DNA of 64,000 nucleotides, from assembly GCF_964355755.1 (NCBI RefSeq), contig NC_092676.1, positions 14,464,871 through 14,528,870 on the forward strand, in the 5' to 3' direction. A model generated the notes under the pieces. The model was not told the DNA's origin. It ran no database searches and saw only the letters and a program-made list of their open reading frames with translations. Shown here piece by piece: positions 12,701-23,664 of this stretch (position 1 is its first letter; each line of letters starts with the position of its first letter). This DNA comes from Antedon mediterranea (lineage: Eukaryota; Animalia; Echinodermata). The position numbers were made by a program, and so were the translations under genes.

Positions 12701-13420
12701 ATGTAAAAAAATTAATCACAACAATCTTTCACCTGCACTATTAAAAGCGATCTATGAATCACAAATGATCGTATTCCTTTTAAATTATTTGAAATTTAAA
12801 GATTCTAGTTAAAGGTAGCCTAAGTGTACTCTTAAAGCGCTCTCATTTTCTGCTGATGTACTTTCGAGTCAGAGGTCAATGACCTATTTTTTCATGTACT
12901 TTTACCAATATATAAATGCATCAATTCTTTTGGAATTAGGCTCAATTTAAAGCTGATGAACCATACAACACATTGATTATCATTAAAAGTCATTTGAGTT
13001 ATTATTTTACAAAATATATGGAAAATAAACTCACTGTTTCCATTATTTTGGTAACATTAATTTAATGAATAACAAATATTTATGTAACATATGCTTGATT
13101 TTTTCTGGGAGTGGATATCAAAAATAAATTTTAAATTTGTGTTACAATTAAAGCTTGTAAATGCTATCTCAGAACTACTTGTAGTAGTAATGCTAAATAA
13201 TACATTAAATGAAAGCAAATGATAATGTTTGTATTCATTGTAATGAAGGTTTTTGTCATAAAGTCATTAGATGCACTTATTTTATTGACCTTGCACCGGT
13301 ATCTAAATTCAGTGATGCAATATTTGTATTTGTAATCATTATTACAGCTGACAATTGATGTTTAAAGCTTCTTTTGATTCAAGTAATGTAATTAGTAACT
13401 TTTCCAGTACTTAATTATTT

Positions 13421-14205
13421 AGTGAACTTGCACTGGTATTCAAATTCCTAATAACAGCAGACATTGGTACAGGTCCAAGCGTATTCAAAACCTAAATACA
13501 AGCGTGATGAATGCTGCGACAATTGTTTGATTTTCCCAATATTGATGTGCAAAGCTTCTTTTAATTTAATTTGTAGGGCCATGGTAATGTTTATTTAAAG
13601 TTCAGAATTGTGAAAAAACTTTTGAAAAGATTTTTTATGACAGTATCCTGCAGTTTTTAAATATTAAAAATGTGAGAGGACTTGTGAAGGACTAGATATC
13701 CATGTACTCGATAAATGTTGACAAGTTTCGCCAATATACACAGAATTACATCCAGCACAAAATATTTATAAAAGATGCTAGACGGGTTAGGATTAAAAAA
13801 GTTATATTAAATAGAACAATTTTCCCAATTGATGATGATGATTTAAGTAATTTAATTAGTAACTTGTGTAGCACAAAAGACCCTGCCTCGTGTCGCTTAT
13901 AAACATTTATCAACTGTAGTACATGGATATTTAGTCCGTCACAAGTCCTTTCACATTTTAGACATTTGCAAACTGCAGGATACTTTTTAAAAGTTTTTTC
14001 ACAATTCTGAACTTTGCAAATACTCTTACCGTACAAATTGAATTGAAAAAAGATTTGCACATCGATATTGAGAAAAGAAAACAATTGTCGCAGCATTCAT
14101 CATGCTTGTTTTGAAGTTTTTAAGTATGCTTTGTCCTATATAAAATGTTTGTCTGCTGTCAACTGTAAGGATAATTAGGAATTTAAATACCAGTGCAAGT
14201 CCACA
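13421..14205. repeat. Old, diverged inverted repeat (~300-bp arms)
   Basis: 13421-13720 is the approximate reverse complement of 13900-14205 (e.g. tgatgaatgctgcgacaattgttt / aaacaattgtcgcagcattcatca). Confidence 0.8.
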
Positions 14206-14471
14206 TTAAAGATGGAAAATATATACTACCCTCGCCACATGTATTATACACAATATTGTACATTTATATTTTTAGTAAAATTCATTGGCTTCCATGATCT
14301 ATAATTTATAAGCATATTGATACAATTGTTACTGTATTTTATCAATTCATATTTAGGGAGTATTTATTTTTACATATTTCAAAAAAATATAATACCTCCC
14401 CCAAATAAATGCCTCCTGAACAATGTTTTCAAATTAAAATATTGTAAAAAATATTGTATTTAAAATTGTAG

Positions 14472-14570
14472 AATGTTTATGAAAATTGTGTAAGAGATGG
14501 TTATTTTCCACCTATTCCCTATGGAAACACTATACTGTATGCACTTTCAACATCACTTGTACTCCATGCT
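14472..14570 (+). CDS. TMEM135: TMEM135 internal coding exon
   Basis: ttgtag| ... |gtaagt. 99 bp, NVYENCVRDGYFPPIPYGNTILYALSTSLVLHA, resembling '[33 protein letters not shown]'. Confidence 0.9.
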
Positions 14571-14785
14571 GTAAGTTAAACTTATCTTTCAATTTATATT
14601 GTCTAACATTAACAAATAACTTATATGACCATGCCCAGGAAATCTTTATTTATAAACGTTATAACAATTGTTTGTCATGATGTAAGTCAATTAAAATCAA
14701 GTTTGTAGGCCATTTCAGTTGTGGAAAGAACATACTGTAAATTAAAAAAATGTTGCTATATATTAAATTTTATTTATACCTATAG

Positions 14786-14853
14786 TCTGTATTAGAACCT
14801 CATCATATTCGGCCATCCTATTGGAGTTTTCTACTACGACTTACTGGTAACAA
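14786..14853 (+). CDS. TMEM135: TMEM135 penultimate coding exon
   Basis: cctatag| ... |gtatgt. SVLEPHHIRPSYWSFLLRLTGN contains the TMEM135 'LRPSYWKFLLRLT' motif; ends in phase 2. Confidence 0.93.
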
Positions 14854-15030
14854 GTATGTACAAAATTACCTATTTTGCTTTTTATTACTTTATATTTATC
14901 TTTTATTTTTCAATTCTAAACATACTGTATTTATGTAATATTTTAAACGACTTAAAATATGTACTTCTGGTTTCGATTCGTATAATAATATAAGTAGTTC
15001 TTTGATAGTAAACCAATAAAACTTACGTTG

Positions 15031-15074
15031 GCAAGACAGTTTCGTCTAGCTGTCAGCTTGACTTCTTCAGTTGC
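15031..15074 (-). ncRNA. Minimal type I hammerhead ribozyme (PLE-2 left arm)
   Basis: Exact reverse complement of 17820-17863. Confidence 0.85.
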
Positions 15075-17819
15075 TATGATGCGTTATGGCGCCGATTGGT
15101 CTCCTTTCCAGCCACTAGATGATTTTGTTGTGTAGCCTAGGGGACCAGTCGTCGTCAGAAGCTGATCGTAAATGTGAGATAGTTGGTGCGCGCCTTCGTC
15201 TCTATTCATCTTTGTATTTTTATTTTGCTTTCTTATGCTGATGCTTTCTTTAATTTTACGTTTAAGCCAAACTTGTTCTTTGTGTAGTACCTCTATCTTA
15301 TCCCAGTTAGGTATGTGGTTGTGTGTGGTCATATGGTCCGTGATTGCTGATTTATGTAAAATGGAGGACGAAACTTTCCGTGATGCACGCGTCTGCATGT
15401 TCTGTGTGTTTTCCTCAACATCTTTCTTGTGCTCTTTAATTCTGGTTTTGAGTGCCCTACCCGTTTCCCCAATATACACCATCTCACAGTTGGTGCACCC
15501 CACTTTGTAGACGACACCACAGGAATCCTCTTTGCATGCTTTATCTTTCGGTCGGACGATTAAGTTTTTAATTTTGTTAGATGGTTTAAAGTATGTTCGT
15601 ATGTTATATTTTTTAAATGTTCTCTTGATTTTCTCTGACAGGCCTTGAATATATGGGATGGATATCGACCCTCTTATATCTTCTGTTTCGGGTTGTTTGT
15701 CCGTTTTTTGTTTATCTAGGTTACGTTGTACCTTTCTAATCGTCCATGTAGGGTAGTTGCATTGTTTAAGTGAAGTATGTATCATCTCAGTTTCGTTCTG
15801 TTTGTCTGGATTATTTGTGATTATCGTGTTACATCTGTGTAGAAGTGTGCGGATAACGGGTAACTTGTGTTGTAGAGGATGATGTGAGTTAAAGTCCAAG
15901 TATTGATTTGTGTGGGTGGCTTTCCTAAAAACTTTAGTGTTGATGTTGCCTTCCCCATCAACTAGAATTAGCGTATCCAAGAATGGGATAGAGTTGTCTG
16001 TTAAGGACATTTCTTCGCAAGTGAAATTAATGTCATCATCGATTTTGTTTAAGTGTTGTAATAATGGTTGTGTCGCATCCTTGGGAATTATTGTTATAAT
16101 GTCATCTACATACCTTTTCCACATCCTCGGTTTTATGTCGGTGTGAGCTGTAGTTATTGCCTCATTTTCCAGCCATTCCATAAATAAATTCGCAACAAGA
16201 AAAAACTTATCACTGTAATCACGAGACTCCTCAAAGAAAAGAAAATCACTGTCAAACAAAAACACTACTTGTACCCCACGTCGGACATCACACCAAGAAT
16301 TTACTGCACACCAAAAATCCATAAAATGAATAATCCGTTACGTCCCATAGTCGATTATACGGGATCCATTATGTACAATTTGTCACGAAGCTTAGCCGAC
16401 ATTCTCGTACCACTAGTTGGAAACAGCATCCATCATGTTACCAATTCGCTTGAATTTGTCAATGACATAAAGGACATTAAGTTACAGCCAAATGAAACAT
16501 TGGTCTCTTATGATGTAGTGTCATTATTTACCAAAACACCAGTCAACAAGTCCCTCAAAATAATTGAAGAACGCTTACACTGTGATAAACAACTATCAGA
16601 GAGAACGTGGTTACATATCAACGACATTATGGAATTGCTTCAATTGGTCCTCACCACCACATATTTCAGCTTCAGAGGGGATATCTACCAGCAAAATTCA
16701 GGTATGGCCATGGGTAGTCCATGTTCTCCGATTGTTGCGAATTTATTTATGGAATGGCTGGAAAATGAGGCAATAACTACAGCTCACACCGACATAAAAC
16801 CGAGGATGTGGAAAAGGTATGTAGATGACATTATAACAATAATTCCCAAGGATGCGACACAACCATTATTACAACACTAAAACAAAATCGATGATGACAT
16901 TAATTTCACTTGCGAAGAAATGTCCTTAACAGACAACTCTATCCCATTCTTGGATACGCTAATTCTAGTTGATGGGGAAGGCAACAATCAATACTTGGAC
17001 TTTAACTCATATCATCCTCTACAACACAAGTTATCCGTTATCCGCACACTTCTACACAGATGTAACACGATAATCACAAATAATCCAGACAAACAGAACG
17101 AAACTGAGATGATACATACTTCACTTAAACAATGCAACTACCCTACATGGACGATTAGAAAGGTACAACGTAACCTAGATAAACAAAAAACGGACAAACA
17201 ACCCGAAACAGAAGATATAAGAGGGTCGATATCCATCCCATATATTCAAGGCCTGTCAGAGAAAATCAAGAGAACATTTAAAAAATATAACATACGAACA
17301 TACTTTAAACCATCTAACAAAATTAAAAACTTAATCGTCCGACCGAAAGATAAAGCATGCAAAGAGGATTCCTGTGGTGTCGTCTACAAAGTGGGGTGCA
17401 CCAACTGTGAGATGGTGTATATTGGGGAAACGGGTAGGGCACTCAAAACCAGAATTAAAGAGCACAAGAAAGATGTTGAGGAAAACACACAGAACATGCA
17501 GACGCGTGCATCACGGAAAGTTTCGTCCTCCATTTTACATAAATCAGCAATCACGGACCATATGACCACACACAACCACATACCTAACTGGGATAAGATA
17601 GAGGTACTACACAAAGAACAAGTTTGGCTTAAACGTAAAATTAAAGAAAGCATCAGCATAAGAAAGCAAAATAAAAATACAAAGATGAATAGAGACGAAG
17701 GCGCGCACCAACTATCTCACATTTACGATCAGCTTCTGACGACGACTGGTCCCCTAGGCTACACAACAAAATCATCTAGTGGCTGGAAAGGAGACCAATC
17801 GGCGCCATAACGCATCATA

Positions 17820-17863
17820 GCAACTGAAGAAGTCAAGCTGACAGCTAGACGAAACTGTCTTGC
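17820..17863 (+). ncRNA. Minimal type I hammerhead ribozyme (PLE-2 right arm)
   Basis: GCAA-CTGAAGA-AGTCAAGCTGACAGCTAGAC-GAAA-CTG-TC^-TTGC. Stem I GCAA/TTGC, canonical CUGANGA and GAAA, stem II GTC/GAC plus AGCT/AGCT, 1-bp stem III, GUC cleavage triplet (cut after 17859). Confidence 0.85.
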
Positions 17864-17986
17864 CAACGTAAGTTTTATTGGTTTACTATCAAAGAACTAC
17901 TTATATTATTAAAATATGTAGTTTATTCATTTTAACATTGTTTATTCATGGTTATCATGTCATGGATTTATTGATTTTTATTTCAG

Positions 17987-18101
17987 ATTCAGACAAATGA
18001 ACCGTAAACTATTAGACCAAATGGGAACACATGCATCTCAACTTTACCCTGATGACTGGCCAGATTATGATCTAAGATTTACATCTCTACAACCACAATA
18101 A
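17987..18101 (+). CDS. TMEM135: TMEM135 last coding exon
   Basis: ttttatttcag| phase 2. (K)FRQMNRKLLDQMGTHASQLYPDDWPDYDLRFTSLQPQ*, resembling 'KFAVMNRKVLDVFGTGAS'; AATAAA signals follow at ~18115, ~18143 and ~18227. Confidence 0.9.
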
Positions 18102-18562
18102 TTCAACAGTAAAATAATAAACACAACTATTACTACTACCACCAATAAAAAATCAAACTTATTACAAACCTATTATTACAATTCAACAATCAAATCAGTT
18201 TAAGAACTATATTCAAGGGTTTTATTTAATAAAACGAAAATTTGCTAAATTGTGTAAAATTTTACAAAATAATATTGCACATATAAAAAAGTTATCACAT
18301 TAAAAGAATATCTTATATTAAAATGGAATTCGATAAAGTACATAATATGAAAATTAGAAAAACATTGAAATATCAAAGAAATTGTTACAAATCACGGTCT
18401 AATAAAATATCTATATTAAAACTTATGTATTATTTGTTTATTATTTCACATTGGTTGATGACGGCAATTTTGACTAAATGTAATTATTCTTTCAACAGGT
18501 TAATTAGGTATAGTAAAGGGCTATTTTTATATCGTTTATTTGTTGATATGGGTTGGTCTTTC

Positions 18563-18790
18563 TTAAGTTGTACGGTTTATTTCTAGGCTGTAGCAATGGT
18601 TGAAAATATGCTGACTTTCGAGGTCTTCAGCAAACCTTAGATATAGGTTTTTTCTTCTAGTAGCGAGGGTTTCTAAATTACATACACTGAGAGCATTTTC
18701 ATAGCTTATATAATTTATACCAAGAATTATTCTAAGTACCCTCCTTTGTATTGCTTCCAATTGATCAATCAATATAACATCATTAGTCAA
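18563..18790 (-). mobile_element. 3' fragment of an L2/CR1-group LINE ORF2
   Basis: LEAIQRRVLRIILG...SYENALSVCNLETLATRRKNL is the typical post-RT C-terminal motif of L2/Crack/CR1 elements. Confidence 0.75.
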
Positions 18791-19127
18791 GAGAATCATC
18801 TTAGACTTGCTCTACAAAAGCACTAAAGGCAAACAACAAGAAACTGAGAAAAATTCAGATAGCAATATGGGCGTGTTGTTTAGTATTTTGTTTCACATTG
18901 AAGAAGATACAGATTGAAATTTTATGAGAAGCTTTTGTGACCAATAGTATTAGTCACAAAAGCTTAATAAAAGCATACTGTATTATAGAAAAGCATACTG
19001 TATTATACAGTACGTTTTTCTTGAAAATCAATAGGAATGGTCAGTTTGTTTAGGATGTTATTGCCAACACAAATAAAACAAAGAAGTATATACTTCGCAG
19101 TTTGGCCAATTAAGTGTTGTTTTATTA

Positions 19128-20040
19128 TCTATATATAAATTATGCTTAATTTTGACACATTTTTGGATACCTACCTTCTCTCTCTCAGATGTAGTGCGAA
19201 ACGTAGATTTGATAACATTAGTTCACTTTTCCGATATTGTATATTGAAACCCTAAGAGGGTGTTTTGACTGCACCGATTAGCAAGTTTTTTACAATTTTC
19301 CAGATCGTTTCCGGATCTGGATGAAATCGTATAAGTATTTACCGCGTATCTATATATAAATTATGGTTAATTCTAACATAGGCGAGCACAATGGAAAGAC
19401 TTCGGTACAAATCTCTGCCTTGGATACCTACCTTATGATCTATCTCAGATGTACCGTGAAATGTAAATTTGATAACATTAGTTTTCACTACAGTAGAACC
19501 TAAAACAAGAGATTCGTAAAATCCAGGTTGACCTTAAATTGACCCCAAATACGTAGGCCTAGGCCTAGACTATTCAGGCCAGGCTAGCAGGCCTAGCAAG
19601 ATATGAGGCCTAACTAGAAAAGTACAGTATTATACAGCCTGTGCGTTTAATATCAATGTTCTTGTATTTTCTATTAATAAAAACAGTCGCTGCTGTAGGG
19701 GGAATGCACGTGTGTAGCTTGTCTCATACAGCAGAATTCCTTACACAGCCATGGCTTTGTTTGTTGTTGTTAAATTGCGCCCTCAATGTAAGAAAATGAT
19801 GACGTCATCGGTTATTTTAGGCGTACGTAAAATCCAGGGAACGTAAAACACAGGTTCTACTGTATTACGATATTGTTCCATATTTCTATCTTTCTTAGGA
19901 AGATATTATAAAGGTTTTTATAACAAAATGTCTGATATCATCGGTAGATTTTCAACTCAATTTCAATTGTACGCCGGTCGAAGTAATTTCCGGGTTCACG
20001 ATGAGTTCACCTTGCAACAACCTGGTTATAGCCATCTTAG
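19128..20040 (+). mobile_element. Non-autonomous Helitron-like elements (partial copy from 19128, fuller copy 19349-20040)
   Basis: a|TCTATATATAAATTATG starts at 19128 and 19349; 3' hairpin ggttatagcc then CTTAG|t. Shared with 10313-10639 and ~47289-47754. Confidence 0.65.
19491..19862. mobile_element. Tc1/mariner (pogo/Tigger-like) MITE nested in a Helitron-like element
   Basis: TA|CAGTAGAACCT ... AGGTTCTACTG|TA; absent from the homologous copy near 10440. Confidence 0.85.
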
Positions 20041-20443
20041 TTTTTTGTTTATTTTCGGAAATTATACTGCAAATTAATTTAAAGATTAAAGATCAAATTA
20101 AATATACGCCATAAAGCATCGGAATATATTGTGGGGAATAGTATTATAAAATTACATAGGGAGATCTGATGATAAGACATTTTGTTTTAAATCGAGTGAA
20201 ATACCGATAGCCGAGTTTTATTGAGTAAGCTGGCAGGAATAACTGTAGGCTATCTGTTAGGACCGGGATGTCTGCCCGTGTTGCAAGCCATCTTCTTTCT
20301 TGGGCCGAAATGGCCCACTCTGTCGCGGAAGTAAGTTTTAATAGATGTTTAAATTTAACAACGTATTAACTATTAGGATGGTATTTATTTGAATAAACGC
20401 CTCCCAAATAAAACATCACTTTGAATAAAACCCCCCCCCCCCT

Positions 20444-22487
20444 TGTTGAACCCACAAATGTGAAAACGCCCACAAATGTGAAAACAACCACAAATGTGAA
20501 AACGCATCACCCACAAATGTGAAAACAACCACAAATGTGAAAACGCATCACCCACAAATGTGAAAACAACCACAAATGTGAAAACGCATCAACCACAAAT
20601 GTGAAAACAGCGCCCACAAATGTGAAAACGATCATCGCCCACAAATGTGATAACGCCCACAAATGTAAAAACAAGAGGGACTTTTTCGCCCACAAATGTA
20701 AAAAAATCAGATCAAATTTAATGCTAGATTCAGACAAACATTATATCATGATTGTATTGAGTTGTTTGTTCACGATACGTCTGTTAGGGTCGTCGTTAAC
20801 ACGTTGGATTATTATCATTTGCTGCTCGTGCGCGCGATATTTGCACGTTAACTCGTTTGTTTAATGAACGTAATAGTTCAAGACAATATTTGTTATTTGC
20901 TGCGCGCGTGCACGATACTTCAAGGTCAAGGCCATGTTATATCATTGTTGGTTATTAACTCGTTGGCTTACTGTTATGTACGTATAGTTCCAAGTCGATG
21001 CTCGATTCGATGTTTTTGGGCGCGTACACGATACTACAAGGTCATATATCATTGCTGCTTGAAGTGCAGTTGGGCTTACTATATTAGTATTATGTACGTA
21101 TTATAGCTCCAAGTCGATGCTCGGTGTACACGATACTACAAGATCAATGCTATACTCGTCGCTCAGTTGTTGCAGTAGTTCCTAATGTTCAATTTTTTTA
21201 CAAAACTATAACCACAAGATAATAATACAAGAGCTAGAGCAAGAACAACTAATAAAAGAATATTTCTTTATTTTAGAGCGATAAACAAATTGTAACATAG
21301 AATAATACCGTAACACCAATATCCAACCAAACATAATACACGATACGATAGTATCAAACTTGTCACGAACATGTATTCTATAAAACATACTATGAAATCT
21401 ATAACAATTATACTAATGGACAAAACTTCCTACTATAGGCCTACTACTATTTACATTCGTGGTTTAATCTGATGCTTATTGTTTAATTTGTATATCTATT
21501 TTTAGAGGATAATTATAAAGATATACGGAGAATAATATTACCTATTGAATGCATTACAATTTAACTGATTTACTATCAAACGTATATTCGACAATTTTTA
21601 TGTATAATATAATTATAAGTAAATAAGTCAACGTACAAGGTATAACGGTATTGTTAATGAGGAACAAACTGGCTTCATGAATTACCTAACAAAATATTTG
21701 AGTTGCAATGCGATTAAATAATGTTATCTACTAATAGTAGGCTTACACTTGATTGGAGATGCCTATAACACTGTATGAGCATTAGAAGTCATAACAGTAA
21801 GCCAACGAGTTAATAACCACACACTACATACAAGTAGCAATTTAACCTTGACCTTGTTGTATCGTGTGCGCGCAAAAAAAAAAATATCGAACATCGACTT
21901 ATAACTATACGTACATAATAGTAAGCCAACAACCACACAGTAGAAGCAACAATGATATAACATGGCCTTGACCTTGAAGTATCGTGCACGCGCGCAGCAA
22001 ATAACAAATATCGTCTTGAACTATTACGTTCATTAAACAAACGAGTTTACGTGCAAATATCGCGTGCATGAGCAGCAAATTATAATAATCCAACGCGTTA
22101 ACCACGACCCTAACAGACGTATCGTGAACAAACAATTATTGAAACAACTCAATACAATCATGATATAATGTAGTACCTCGATCAAAATTGTTTGAGTCTA
22201 GAATTAAATTTCATCTGATTTTTTTTTTTTACATTTGTGGCCGAAAAATTCTCTTTTTTTTTTACATTTGTGGGCGTTATCACATTTGTGGGCGATGATC
22301 GTTTTCACATTTGTGGGCGCTGTTTATTACATTTGTGGTTGATGCGTTTTCACATTTGTGGTTGTTTTCACATTTGTGGGTGATGCGTTTTCACATTTGT
22401 GGTTGTTTTCACATTTGTGGGTGATGCGTTTTCACATTTGTGGTTGTTTTCACATTTGTGGGCGTTTTTACATTTGTGGGTTCAACA
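20444..22487. mobile_element. Foldback-like non-autonomous element with ~700-bp modular TIRs and TGT...ACA ends
   Basis: TGTTGAACCCACAAATGT ... ACATTTGTGGGTTCAACA. Outer TIR domains are tandem CACAAATGTGAAAAC repeats; inner arms continue to ~21145 and ~21790. Both flanks are C12T. Confidence 0.9.
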
Positions 22488-22859
22488 CCCCCCCCCCCCT
22501 CCAACCCAACTATCTAATAAACGCTCATCCACATTTATACAAACAATATTGTATTATATTTATAATAACACTATTTGTAGTTAATATTCATCGCACTGTT
22601 ATCTACAATTTTTTTCCCAAGCATTGTTATTCTTTATTGTAACTTTCATTTGATTATAAATCAATATAAACTAAAAAATTAAACATATCCCTCGAATAAG
22701 CACCTCCCTCAAATGAACTCCACCTCCCCACCTCCTACCTCCTACCAAACAATAAACACTATACTTTAAATGTTATTAATCATCTAAGACACTGTGAAAC
22801 AGAGTAGGTTTAGTTACAAATGTCAAGCATTTTCAATAATGATAACCGACAGAAAACGT

Positions 22860-22971
22860 ACAAGGAGAACGTCCTTCTAAAACCTTTTTACCCAAGTCAT
22901 TATCATTCCGAGAACCATCGTCTACACTTCCTAGAGGAGGAGCGAGCGAGCGAAGCGATCTTACACTCTAG
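22860..22971 (+). mobile_element. Helitron-like 3' end
   Basis: cgtctacacttcctagagg...gagcgaagcga...CTAG|t; homologous to the end at 47700-47754. Confidence 0.55.
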
Positions 22972-23523
22972 TATTAATAATAATAAATTTAACTGTTGAA
23001 TAGGTAATTTCATCAAAACAAGCCATGGATCGCTAAGAAACTTAAGGACATTATTAACAAAAAGAAGCATTTATTTTTTATCAAAACTAAATATGAATAT
23101 AAATTAATGAACAGGGAAGTGATATGTGCCATTCTTGTAGTTAAAGCTAGGAGTAAAATAGAAGCAACCTTTGAAAACGAGAGCTTAAGAAATACTTGAC
23201 AAGGTATAACAAATATGGCTTCTGTACATTCTAAATATAGAGTTAAGCAAGAAATACATATTGATAAGGGTTTTTCCCTGGGGACACCAAATAGGAGGAG
23301 CAATAAACAGATTTATTCATGTGAAAGGCCACACAGATAAACGTTGTTGGACATTGTCCGCATATTTGTATAGAATGTTAAAACAGCAATGACAGCAACT
23401 TTATCCATAGACCGGAGCCACACGGTTAATTCCTTTCGCACCTGTTAAACATTGGGATGCACAAAAATACCATTGACAGCAACTTTTTTCTGTAAGTTGC
23501 CCCAGGCAGTAGCGCAAAAATGC

Positions 23524-23525
<2 letters not shown>

Positions 23526-23559
<34 letters not shown>

Positions 23560-23664
23560 GTTCGGTTCAATGTAACCGTCTAAAAAGTGCTCAATACGGT
23601 AAAGTAGAGCTAATATATATATATATATATACAGGCATTTATATATATATATATATATATATAT
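23526..23664. repeat. Cluster of three (TA)n microsatellites
   Basis: TA runs at ~23526-23556, ~23614-23631 and ~23639-23664. Confidence 0.9.

Larger units (their letters stand above)
14964..17908 (+). mobile_element. Penelope-like retroelement (RT + GIY-YIG) with a 1.2-kb inverted copy (PLE-2), in the last TMEM135 intron
   Basis: RT motifs PKIHK, LRPIV, SYDVVSLFT, GMAMGSP, RYVDD, IPFLD; GIY-YIG GVVYKVGCTNCEMVYIGETGR. Arms 14983-16198 (-) and 16732-17911 (+). 12-bp TSD TTAAAATATGTA at 14952-14963 and 17909-17920. Confidence 0.96.

Noticed and set aside
15084-16322. 412-aa ORF as an intact gene
   Set aside because: Chimeric: the first ~40 aa are antisense read-through of the loop; only the part from VANLFME onward is PLE protein.
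20385-22642. ORFs with repeated FSHLW/FHICG peptides, or a repeat-spacer array
   Set aside because: These are translations of the CACAAATGTG TIR repeats, mirrored on both strands, with no splice or domain support.
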